A stretch of DNA of 35,308 nt, taken from IMG/VR virus record IMGVR_UViG_3300025118_000067, positions 1-35,308 of that record; one strand, written 5' to 3'. Positions within the stretch are counted from its first letter, which is position 1. Every line of letters starts with the position of its first letter. The notes beneath the pieces were generated by a model. It made no database searches. It was not told the DNA's origin and was given only the letters and a program-made list of their open reading frames with translations. Positions 1 through 9,000 of this stretch are shown one piece after another. Source of the DNA: a virus. Taxonomy: Duplodnaviria > Caudoviricetes. The position numbers were made by a program, and so were the translations under genes.

Positions 1-42
1 TGGAGAAACACACTTGAGTACACAGATTAATGAGGCTTCGAT

Positions 43-678
43 ATTAAAATATTAGAATTATTCGCAGGGTCTTGCACCTTCTCAAAGGTGGCTAAAGAAT
101 ATGGGCATGAGGCCTATACCATTGACATTGCTGACAACGAAGGGATAGACATGGTAGCAGACCTGCTATATCTAACTCCGCAAAAGATTCCCTTCAGTCC
201 CGATGTGGTATGGGCTTCACCCCCTTGCACGACCTTTAGCGTAGCGTCCATTGGATATCATTGGCAAGGTGGACACAGAGCCTACATACCAAAAACATCA
301 CAAGCCTACATTGGATTGGCTATGGTAAAGAAGGCATTGGAGATGATAGAATATTTTGAACCAGACCACTGGTACATGGAGAACCCAAGAGGACTCCTGA
401 GAAAGTTGCCAGTTGTACAGGGATTACCGATCAGGAATACCATTTGTTTCTGTCAGTACGGAGACATACGCATGAAGCCAACAGACATTTGGACAAACAG
501 CACATCGTGGAATCCGAGACCGATGTGTAAGAATGGAAATCCTGATTGTCACCATGAGAGAGCCCCAAGAGGAAGTAAGACAGGGACTCAAGGATTAAAG
601 GGGGCATACGAAAGAGGAATGCTACCTATGGAGTTATGTGAGGATATTGTTAAAGATTTTGGTGGTATAGAATGCTGA
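43..678 (+). CDS. Short phage-type C5-cytosine DNA methyltransferase (true N-terminus lies upstream of the called GTG at 88)
   Basis: In-frame upstream translation gives IKILELFAGS (motif I, FxG). Motif IV SPPC, motif VI ENP and a KPT motif follow. Confidence 0.88.
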   Translation: MKILELFAGSCTFSKVAKEYGHEAYTIDIADNEGIDMVADLLYLTPQKIPFSPDVVWASPPCTTFSVASIGYHWQGGHRAYIPKTSQAYIGLAMVKKALEMIEYFEPDHWYMENPRGLLRKLPVVQGLPIRNTICFCQYGDIRMKPTDIWTNSTSWNPRPMCKNGNPDCHHERAPRGSKTGTQGLKGAYERGMLPMELCEDIVKDFGGIEC

Positions 679-706
679 TAATCAATAACTTAGATGGAGT
701 AGTTGT

Positions 707-1237
707 ATGCGGAAGAGATGTGGACAATGCCAAAAAGAAAAACCCCTTGATAAGTTTTATCGCAACAGATCAAAGCATGATGGTAGACAGACCAAATGTA
801 TTGTTTGTCAGAAGAAATACCACAACGACTCTTGGTATAAGAAAAACAAAAAATACCTCCTTGAAAAGAATCGAAAGAGGAAATACAAGATGAGAAGAGC
901 TAATTATGAAAAGGTGCTGACGATGTACTTTGCAAATGGGTGTGTTGATTGTAGAGTAAAAGATGCCCGTGTTCTGGAGTTTGACCACGTTACAGGAATC
1001 AAGAAGAATGTGAAGAACCAGAGAGGGGCAGGCGTTGGCTATATGGTTCGCAATGGATATAAGTGGAGTACGATCAAGAGGGAAATAGAAAAGTGTGAGG
1101 TCAGATGTAGGAATTGTCATCAGATAAAGACAGCAAGAGAATTAAATCACAATATTGACGTAAAGGACATTTTAGAAGAACATCAAAAAAAGATGGAACT
1201 TTACGATGGGGATAGGTGTTATAGGTGTACGATATGA
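707..1237 (+). CDS. HNH endonuclease with N-terminal zinc finger
   Basis: N-terminal CGQC..CIVC, then CVDC...LEFDH...CEVRCRNCH, a typical phage HNH signature. Confidence 0.85.
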   Translation: MRKRCGQCQKEKPLDKFYRNRSKHDGRQTKCIVCQKKYHNDSWYKKNKKYLLEKNRKRKYKMRRANYEKVLTMYFANGCVDCRVKDARVLEFDHVTGIKKNVKNQRGAGVGYMVRNGYKWSTIKREIEKCEVRCRNCHQIKTARELNHNIDVKDILEEHQKKMELYDGDRCYRCTI

Positions 1238-1437
1238 AAAGAACTACATTAAATAAAGAGCTTAAAGATAAACTTGAGATACGTTACGAGTACCAAGGTT
1301 TTAATGGTGAAAAACACATTAGGGTACCCATAATGTATGATCCAGATACAGGATTCACATACGACGTTGGAGACATATACGACATAAAAGGAGATGAAGA
1401 TGTTCATGGTGTTGAGCAAGTTAAAGTACAAAATTAA
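1234..1437 (+). CDS. Hypothetical protein
   Basis: ATGA overlap with the HNH stop; tight operon packing. Confidence 0.65.
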   Translation: MKRTTLNKELKDKLEIRYEYQGFNGEKHIRVPIMYDPDTGFTYDVGDIYDIKGDEDVHGVEQVKVQN

Positions 1438-1642
1438 AGAGGATATTAAGAGAATAGAGGAACATTGGGAGACCAACCCTAATAATGACTATTACTTTGC
1501 TGAAATATGCGGTATGAGAAGTGCATTAGACCATATTGCAAGAGCAGAGGCGGAGGAGTTGACAGAGTTGGATAAATGGGCCTCACAACAACAAGGAAGG
1601 GAAAGAGATGCAACTACAACTAGGGACAGGACAGGAAGTTAG
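1400..1642 (+). CDS. Hypothetical alpha-helical protein
   Basis: AGGAG at 1389-1393, 6 nt before ATG 1400 (in frame with the called 1394 start). Confidence 0.65.
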   Translation: MFMVLSKLKYKIKEDIKRIEEHWETNPNNDYYFAEICGMRSALDHIARAEAEELTELDKWASQQQGRERDATTTRDRTGS

Positions 1643-1808
1643 TATACATAACGTAGAGTCTGTGAAGATAGACGAGACAAATACATTTATATCTACTAAG
1701 GCCCAAGATAAATACTTTAGAACCATGTATGTCAAGACAGAGTCTGGAGAGACCATTGAGATCACTCTATTCTCTGATGACAAAGAGGTCTTGGACTACC
1801 AAGATTAA
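1608..1808 (+). CDS. Hypothetical small beta-rich protein
   Basis: Purine-rich RBS upstream; fills the operon up to the structured intergenic region. Confidence 0.65.
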   Translation: MQLQLGTGQEVSIHNVESVKIDETNTFISTKAQDKYFRTMYVKTESGETIEITLFSDDKEVLDYQD

Positions 1809-1815
1809 TGATACA

Positions 1816-1895
1816 TCGGGGCAAACGCAGGACTGGTTTTTCAAACTCCATTTGTTTTCCAGTCCGCCCACAACTACACATCTCGTTTGCCCCGA
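1816..1895. ncRNA. Candidate structured intergenic RNA (nested inverted repeats)
   Basis: Perfect 12-bp IR TCGGGGCAAACG (1816-1827) / CGTTTGCCCCGA (1884-1895) enclosing GGACTGG (1830-1836) / CCAGTCC (1859-1865) and apical CAAA-CTCCA-TTTG. Confidence 0.55.
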
Positions 1896-1924
1896 CCTCC
1901 CCACATACTAAAGGAAAGAGATAA

Positions 1925-2653
1925 ATGCTAGACATACAAAAAATATATGATGATTGGCTCCGAAAGGGGAACGACCTTCATTATAAAAAAAGATACGAAG
2001 GTAATGAGGAATGGTTTCATGGGTCGGCCTCTGGAATGTGTATGAGAAAACATTATTTTCAACACATTGCAAAAGTAAAACCAACCCCAGTTGACGAAAA
2101 CACATTAAGGCTTTTTAGACTAGGCGACCTTGTGCATAATGATATACAAGAGGCACTTATGGATTATGCCAGTCTAAATGCGTCTCAAATAATGATAGAG
2201 AGAGAGATAAGGATCCCTGAGTTAAATGTTAGAGGATTCTTAGACATGATAGTAATAGAGGATGATGCTCTTTATGATATCAAAACTTGCAATGCGTGGA
2301 AGTGGAGAGGGTTGTTTGGTAGGAACCCAGATCCTGATGTACCAGTGAACTACAACCTACAATTAGGGACGTATGGGTTATGGTATGAAAAAGAATATGG
2401 GAACAAACTGAAGAAACTGTCGTTATTATATTATAATAAGGACAACTCCAGAATGAGGGAAAAGGTCATATCAACATCATACATAAAACAAGCCGAAGCC
2501 TACTGGGAAGATGCAAATAAAAAATTTAAAAAAGGAAATCCGCCCATAGAACTTGGGGTTGCACCTGTATATAAATGGGAATGCAACATCAAGTACTGCA
2601 ATTTTTATCAGGTATGCGGTGGAGGACTAAAAGAAAAAGGAGATGATCTGTGA
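1925..2653 (+). CDS. Cas4-like PD-(D/E)xK exonuclease (solo, phage type)
   Basis: SASGMCMRK, GDLVH, GFLD...DIKT, QLGTY, C-terminal CNIKYCNFYQVC. The 1+3 Cys layout matches Fe-S-binding Cas4/AddB nucleases. Confidence 0.85.
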   Translation: MLDIQKIYDDWLRKGNDLHYKKRYEGNEEWFHGSASGMCMRKHYFQHIAKVKPTPVDENTLRLFRLGDLVHNDIQEALMDYASLNASQIMIEREIRIPELNVRGFLDMIVIEDDALYDIKTCNAWKWRGLFGRNPDPDVPVNYNLQLGTYGLWYEKEYGNKLKKLSLLYYNKDNSRMREKVISTSYIKQAEAYWEDANKKFKKGNPPIELGVAPVYKWECNIKYCNFYQVCGGGLKEKGDDL

Positions 2654-2922
2654 AAAACAAAGATCAAGAAATAAAGAGACTAATTAGAACATATGAGGAT
2701 TTATTTATTGCTTGTGCTACAAATATTCCTATGGAATTACTGATGTTGAGAGACCCTACAGATGCTAAAAGGATAATAAGTACCACATTAGAAAAAGAGA
2801 TAGACAAGCTTCGCTTTAGAGCTGTGGGGCTTAGGGATGAAATATACCCAAATGAAAAAGATACTTTTAGACTTCCAAGAATAAAAGACATTAAAAGAAA
2901 AAGTAAAGGAGAATCAGAATGA
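2650..2922 (+). CDS. Hypothetical protein
   Basis: GTGA overlap with the upstream stop; AGGAG RBS. Confidence 0.65.
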   Translation: MKNKDQEIKRLIRTYEDLFIACATNIPMELLMLRDPTDAKRIISTTLEKEIDKLRFRAVGLRDEIYPNEKDTFRLPRIKDIKRKSKGESE

Positions 2923-3338
2923 GTGATCAACAACAACCCGATTGGGATAAGATAACCGAAGGTAAGATAAGGCACGGTGTTGCTGTCGAAGCCTTTAGTA
3001 AGGGAATGGAACTGAACAAGGAGAATGCGAAGTTAATAGAGCAATGGGTTCAATTCATCATTCACGGATATGAGGGTCTTAATGCCATATTGGAACAAGC
3101 TAAGGAACGTAAACCCCTGACCGATGGTGAATTAAAAGATGCAGTGGTTGAGAAATTCGATGGTGAGGAGATAAAGGAGACCGATGAGGACTACCTTAAA
3201 AATACCATAGAGTTAGCAGTAAAGACACTTGGGCAAAAAGATAAGAATAAGGTCTTGTACCAACTGAAGCAAGGGAACATAACCCTTGATAATCTTCAGG
3301 TATGTCTTGATAAGATAGGAACAATGAAACATTTCTAG
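2919..3338 (+). CDS. Hypothetical protein in the recombination module
   Basis: AAGGAG RBS, ATGA overlap; N-terminal PDWDKITEGKIRH motif. Confidence 0.75.
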   Translation: MSDQQQPDWDKITEGKIRHGVAVEAFSKGMELNKENAKLIEQWVQFIIHGYEGLNAILEQAKERKPLTDGELKDAVVEKFDGEEIKETDEDYLKNTIELAVKTLGQKDKNKVLYQLKQGNITLDNLQVCLDKIGTMKHF

Positions 3339-3341
3339 GAA

Positions 3342-3818
3342 ATGGTTGACATTGGAGATGCATATTACCCTGCTGATGACAGTCAGCTTAGAAAGTCGGT
3401 GCCTTCTGGTAGATACACAGCACGCATTGTAGGAATGGACATATCTGATAATGTTAGGTTTGGTAGGTATGTGGCAGATGTGTTCAAGCCTGAATATGAG
3501 GTTGATGGAAAGGAACACCCTGAGTACGAGTCATGCGTGGTCAAGGACAATGGTGTGTTCAGGTATAAGAAGGTAGACGACTTTCTATATGAGCATAGGA
3601 AGAACTGGGGCTTTGCCAAATTTCTTTCTATAATGCAACTCCGTAAAGATGATGGTCAGGGTGGGCAACTACCCTACCTTCATCTGCCCGATATAAAGGA
3701 TGCCCGTGTCTTAATAGATGTTTCAATGAAGACATTTATGAATGACCTTGATTCCGAGATCAGATATCCTATTGCAAGAACAATACAATTAATAGACCCT
3801 TCTCCGGTACCATTCTAG
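3342..3818 (+). CDS. Putative OB-fold ssDNA-binding protein
   Basis: VPSGRYTARIV start typical of phage SSB-like proteins; C-terminal PVPF tail; next to the exonuclease. Confidence 0.55.
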   Translation: MVDIGDAYYPADDSQLRKSVPSGRYTARIVGMDISDNVRFGRYVADVFKPEYEVDGKEHPEYESCVVKDNGVFRYKKVDDFLYEHRKNWGFAKFLSIMQLRKDDGQGGQLPYLHLPDIKDARVLIDVSMKTFMNDLDSEIRYPIARTIQLIDPSPVPF

Positions 3819-4300
3819 TGGACATTTTAACAAAAAAAGGACAGAGTTCTCTGGCTTATGAGAGAGAGATGTTAGATAGAATAAGGCATACCATGTGCGA
3901 CAAACACAAAACAAATTCTCAGATCGTGGAGACGGACAAGAACATGGATGCTAAGGTTGATGGAATGGTTGTGACCAATGGTGAACTCTCCGGAATATTT
4001 GAATCGAAGTGTAGAGACCTAAGCCTTATGGAACTGAGAAGGTATGATTCTTGGCTTGTGACATTTGATAAGATCATGGATGGTAAGCGACTTTCAGAAA
4101 TGTTACGAGTTCCCTATCTTGGTTTTTTATACTTGATCAAGGACAAGGTTGTGATGTATTGGAAAATAACAGATAAACATGGGAACTTTTTATTTGACTT
4201 TGACGTAAGAAATACAAGAACACAAAAGACGATCAATGGTGGTAGCGTGGTTAGAACGAATGCATACCTACCATTTAAGAAAGGAATAGAATTAATATGA
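3818..4300 (+). CDS. PD-(D/E)xK restriction-like nuclease
   Basis: E-bearing helix (AYERE), VDG, then IFESKCR (ExK motif). Confidence 0.7.
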   Translation: MDILTKKGQSSLAYEREMLDRIRHTMCDKHKTNSQIVETDKNMDAKVDGMVVTNGELSGIFESKCRDLSLMELRRYDSWLVTFDKIMDGKRLSEMLRVPYLGFLYLIKDKVVMYWKITDKHGNFLFDFDVRNTRTQKTINGGSVVRTNAYLPFKKGIELI

Positions 4301-4539
4301 ATAAATATATCTGTACTGCAAAGATAAAATACACAAGGCAAGAGGTTCAGCTTCATATAAATGCCTTAAAGATGGCATTGAACAATCCCAACCTTGCGAA
4401 TTATCGTGGAAGATATAAAGCACTATTAAAAGATATGAAAAGAATTGATGGGCAGATGCTCGACAAGGAGAATGATGCTATGATAAATAGAGATAGAAAA
4501 GAACAGGTTGTTGAGGATTCGGTGGTTCAAGATGTATAA
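4297..4539 (+). CDS. Hypothetical protein
   Basis: ATGA overlap; operon packing. Confidence 0.65.
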   Translation: MNKYICTAKIKYTRQEVQLHINALKMALNNPNLANYRGRYKALLKDMKRIDGQMLDKENDAMINRDRKEQVVEDSVVQDV

Positions 4540-4702
4540 GACCACAAGAAAGAAGACCAAGGAAGGGTACGATATAATAGAATATTTATATGAATGTCCA
4601 GAATGCGATGAGACCCATTGGAGCGATTCCAAGAGACTGTTTAAACGCTGTTCAAAATGTTTTGTAAATAAAGTGAATAATAGAATGAGGCTTGCAATAT
4701 GA
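4532..4702 (+). CDS. Small zinc-ribbon protein
   Basis: CPEC...CSKC; likely ATG at 4532 overlapping the end of the upstream gene. Confidence 0.65.
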   Translation: MYKTTRKKTKEGYDIIEYLYECPECDETHWSDSKRLFKRCSKCFVNKVNNRMRLAI

Positions 4703-5046
4703 AAGATCCCAAGAATGTGAGAAGGGGAAGAAGGGCACGACAAAGAGGTGCCGAGTTACAGAGACAGGCAGTACGCATGGCAAAAGAAGCAGACCTTGAA
4801 GCTTATAATAGAGATAGAGGTGGAGCACAGCACGAACAAGGAGATATTGAGATAGAGGGCCATTACTACGGGTGCAAGAGGCGTACTCGCATAGCACAAT
4901 GGCTAAAACCTGAGAAGCAGGAGGAAGGTGTGGTCATCAGAGAAGATAGGGGTAAGCCCTATATTGTATTAGACTATGAATATTTTATTAATATATTATC
5001 CATAATGAAGGAGATTGCAGAGGATGAAAAAACAAAGAGCTCTTAA
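4699..5046 (+). CDS. Hjc-like Holliday junction resolvase fold protein with degenerate catalytic motif
   Basis: GRRARQRGAELQRQ...GDIEIE...GCKRR...VVIREDRGKPYIVLD follows the phage Hjc-like pattern. Confidence 0.65.
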   Translation: MKDPKNVRRGRRARQRGAELQRQAVRMAKEADLEAYNRDRGGAQHEQGDIEIEGHYYGCKRRTRIAQWLKPEKQEEGVVIREDRGKPYIVLDYEYFINILSIMKEIAEDEKTKSS

Positions 5047-5233
5047 AAAACGTGGGATAATAGGTATATATAAGATGTTACTTAAAAAGAATACAGTACA
5101 ACAGAGTGGCCCCGCATATAAAAGAATGAGAGAATTAGAAAGGGAATACATTAAAGAAACGAGATGGCTTAGTGGTAGGTTAAAGGATGACGAAAGCATA
5201 TCCTTTGGTTGGCTAAAAGAAGACCTGAACTAG
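5024..5233 (+). CDS. Hypothetical basic protein
   Basis: AAGGAG about 10 nt upstream of ATG 5024. Confidence 0.6.
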   Translation: MKKQRALKKRGIIGIYKMLLKKNTVQQSGPAYKRMRELEREYIKETRWLSGRLKDDESISFGWLKEDLN

Positions 5234-5258
5234 GCCATCTCATAAATAGGAGATCAGC

Positions 5259-5471
5259 ATGGCTGAATACAAACCAAAAGACAACAGCTTCAAGCTGTGG
5301 AAAAACAAGTACAAAGAAGATGGCGATAAAAAACCAGACTATACTGGGAACGGAATGGTGAATGGAGAGAAGCAAGACTTTTCTTTGTGGATAAATGAGA
5401 ACGACAAAGGGGAAAGATACCTCTCTGGGCAGTTCAAAGATCCATATAAGAAGGAAGGTAGCCCTTTCTAG
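5259..5471 (+). CDS. Small SSB-like protein (DUF736-like)
   Basis: LWKNKYK...KKPDYTG...LW...YLSG pattern; C-terminal SPF; strong AGGAG RBS. Confidence 0.7.
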   Translation: MAEYKPKDNSFKLWKNKYKEDGDKKPDYTGNGMVNGEKQDFSLWINENDKGERYLSGQFKDPYKKEGSPF

Positions 5472-5483
5472 GACTTGTAGATC

Positions 5484-5507
5484 ATAAGGGGGCTACGGCC
5501 CCCTTAT
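5484..5507 (+). terminator. Stable hairpin, terminator or mRNA 3' stabiliser
   Basis: ATAAGGGGGC-TACG-GCCCCCTTAT: 10-bp stem with C(UACG)G tetraloop, but only a weak U-tract. Confidence 0.6.
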
Positions 5508-5528
5508 TGAATACATTTTAATTAGGCA

Positions 5529-5834
5529 ATGTCTATGTCGAAAGATTTATTTTATAGCGAAATACGGGAGAATAGAGGGGGTTTTTTAAGGTCAGTGTTT
5601 GAAATTTGTGAAAAGACAGGTAAGAGGTGTGGTCACTGTGGTTTTGCCACATATGATCCACGTATTAGAGACTTTGATGGGAAGCAGAGACAGTTTTGTG
5701 GGGTTGCTGGTTCATATGATACTAGAGTTTCCTCGCTTCCAAGTTGTTGGTTGGAATTAACAAAGAGCCAGCGGACAACCTATACAAAGAATAAAAGATC
5801 AGAACTACAAGCCTTAGAAATAAGGGGTAAATAA
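5529..5834 (+). CDS. Cys-rich hypothetical protein (possible zinc binder)
   Basis: CEKTGKRCGHC...FCG...CW; start codon uncertain. Confidence 0.65.
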   Translation: MSMSKDLFYSEIRENRGGFLRSVFEICEKTGKRCGHCGFATYDPRIRDFDGKQRQFCGVAGSYDTRVSSLPSCWLELTKSQRTTYTKNKRSELQALEIRGK

Positions 5835-6032
5835 ATGGATATACTAGATGAGTTCCCAGTAGAAGAAAAAATTATGGAAGATGATAAGGTTAAGGAATTA
5901 TTAGATCTGATGAGGGCTGTTCAAAACAAGGTTATCTCATCACAAGTGTATTGGGAGAAACTAGGTGACTTCTGGAACAAGCATGGGTTTCCAGAATGGT
6001 CTGAAGAGTGTTACGCTAAGATCAAGGCGTGA
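5835..6032 (+). CDS. Hypothetical protein, last gene of the + strand module
   Basis: Directly follows the upstream TAA; 3' end overlaps the convergent gene. Confidence 0.65.
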   Translation: MDILDEFPVEEKIMEDDKVKELLDLMRAVQNKVISSQVYWEKLGDFWNKHGFPEWSEECYAKIKA

Positions 6033-9000
6033 TCTTTTTCTTTACTTTGTGTATAATTCTTTTTGTGATCTCATCTACAGATATATCATCATACAACAAA
6101 GGGTTCATGGGAAATGTACTATTCCAATTTTTAATAAGTCTAGTTGCCCTTATGTCATCACCCTCTATTATATAATCTAATATTTTTGAGCGAGCTAATC
6201 CCTTTCGGTATTTAACATAGGATTGTCTCTGACCTACTGGTTCTATACGCTCCGCTAATCTTCTAGGAACAGTACCAAACACAGGAGCAATGTATTTTGG
6301 CATCCGTTTTAATGCACCAATCCCACCATAATCCTTAATGTTCTCATGTGTCCTTGTCATCGCTGTCCATATCTTATCAAAGTCTTGAGCAAAAGCCGGT
6401 TTACCTGCGAACTCCAAAGCCCTTATGGTATTTTCAGCCGCCACTACATCCATAGCAATACCAAAGGCACCTACAGATGCAAATCTATCAAGCACATCAC
6501 CCCATGTCATTCTATCTGTTTTAATTAATGAGTTAAGTTTCCTGTCTCCAAACGCTACATCTTTTATACCACCATAATCTAAAAAGTATTCATTCTCATC
6601 ATACACCTCTTGACCCGCATAAAACTCTGCTAACTTATCCCGTGCCATAGAAACAAACTCTCCTCCAAATAACCCAGCAGAAGCCAAACGTAGCATAGGA
6701 AACACATTTCCCATTTTTAACTCAGCTCCAAGCTGTCCTCTTATCCAGTTAAACTGCTTGTATCCAAATTTCTTAAACAGAAAAATAGGTCTGAACCTTG
6801 GGTCATTAAAGACCAGTGGTTCTTGAAGTATATTTCTTTGTAACTGTGTATCCCTTGCAAACTTATACATGGACTCTGCTTTCTGACGATCAGTTATTTT
6901 ATTAATATCTAAAAGACCTAGGTCTCTCAAATTCTGCCTAGCCCAATTCTGCCTTGCTTTAAACTTTCCAGTGCCCTTACCCTGTGCTATCGGCTGTAAC
7001 ATGTCTATCCATTCCTTAGCCGCCGCAGAAGATACTAACTGATTTATTTCGTTTATCTTTTTAAATCCAGATAACCATGTTGCCCCCTCAGCAAACTTAT
7101 TAAAAAATGTATCACTAGGTTTTAAGCCAGCCAAAGACTCATATAAAGATATATTTGTAACACCAGATTCTTTTATAAGTTTCCTGTACTCTGAAGATGT
7201 CATTAACTTATACATCCCCTTTACTACTGGGTAATAGCCAGTTTTAACAGCGGTGGATATTGATAACTGTGTAAGGTTTGGAACTGTAGCAAAGCCAAGC
7301 CCTATCTTAGAACCTATCTCAAAATCTACTATTTCATTCCAGACCCTTCTAACTGTGGGGCTTTTCCAGTTATGAGAAGGGTCAAGCTCTATGTTGTTGG
7401 TATAGACTTTATATATCTTATCAAGGACATTCGCTTCTTCTTTAAAAACTTTTACTTCTTTGTCGCTATATTTATTATTTTTGTTTTGTGCTAACTCTCG
7501 CAATCCACTAATTGACCGTTGCCAAAACTCACCCCTGTTTCCAAATTGTTCTACACTTGAAACTCTTCTAGCCCACTGGTGGGCATACTTAGCGAGAACT
7601 ATCCTAGCATCTGTTTCAAGCATACGTTCAGGTAAATCCTTTGCCTTCCTAGCTATTTCCAAATGACTTGCAATATTATGATACTGTGAATTAACAGTAG
7701 TGTTTAACCTCTTAAACGCTTGGGAAACTTTTAAATTGAAATCAGGAACCTGTTCCCTAGCAAGGTCTCTTCTAATCCCTGCCATGTCATAAATAACATC
7801 TAAGGTCTCGTTAGAAAGCTTTCCTTTTGAAACAATATCTCCAACAACCTTTTGAAATTCTGGTTTATTGTACATCGCATTTTCATTAAATAACTGAGGG
7901 TTTTGATCTCGCAATTTTGCTATGTCCCCAGAAAGGGCTTTTAAATAATCCTCTTTTATGATCCTAGGAAAGTAAAGCTCTTCTTTAGGCCCAAGATCTA
8001 CACCTGCTTTTCTTGCTATATCCCACATATCATCAAGCGTTTTTCTATACTCTCTCACCTTTGGGTCATTAACAAAGTTAGGGTCTTGTAACTTCCTACC
8101 TAACTCAATAGCTTCTTGTGTAGCTTTTTCTTTTGCTTTGGTACTAACGACTTGTTTTGCTTTTGCCATACCAGAAGATTCAAGACCTAATTCTGTAAAT
8201 CTCCTGCTCATTTGACCTAACAAAGTAAAGTATCTAGCATCTGCGTTATTTACTCTGTTTTGCACATCCGCAGAAAATTGTGTTTGTAATCTTTTTCCAG
8301 ACCTGTCAAGGAATTTTATTTTATGGTAATCAGACAGCAGTTTATCGGGAACCATTGTTGTTTCCCAACCACCGCTCTTTATTCTCTCTCTTAACTTAAT
8401 AACCCTAGTTTCGTGCCTCATCTGATTTAACATTTTAAGCTGTTCAATAGGTGTCATATTTTTAACAATACGCTTTGGGCTTTGCCCTCTTAAATCTTTT
8501 TTTGTAATAACACCAGCCCTATCTTGAAAAGTAGCATCGTTCATATTTAAGTTTTTTCTTATCTCAAATATTCCATTCACCCTTCTTTTTGTAAGCTCTG
8601 CCGGGCTACCCTTGCCTCCCCTAGTAAACCCTTTTTGTTGAAAAGTGCTAAATTTAATAGGGTTTAATTCTTTTCCAGTTTCAAGATCTTTAAGCTTCAC
8701 TATGTCTTCAATCAAGGTGGTCTTCTCTGTTCCTATCCCCGTTGTTTTTTGCTCTTTCGTCGTTGTTCTAGTATCAAAGCGAACGTCTCTAACCTTTGTT
8801 CCATCCCTCGCAGTAAATACCTCATTGGGTTGTATTTTCATGTCGGTCTCGATCTGACCTAATATCCTAGCTCCCTCATCTAAACCAAGTTTCACATCTT
8901 TCTTGGCTTGTGTAATTTTTTTATACCCCTTAATTAGTTTGCCACTAGCGTATCTTTGTGCACCTAGAGCCCCTATGACACCCGCCGCATGTGCATAGTC

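Noticed and set aside
1809-2653. CRISPR-Cas locus suggested by the Cas4-like gene
   Set aside because: No repeat-spacer array and no other cas genes; the upstream element is an inverted repeat, not direct repeats.
672-5375. Minus-strand and alternate-frame ORFs in the early region (e.g. 672..893, 770..1120, 1729..1911, 2664..2975)
   Set aside because: They overlap better-supported + strand genes; 1729..1911 runs through the structured intergenic element.
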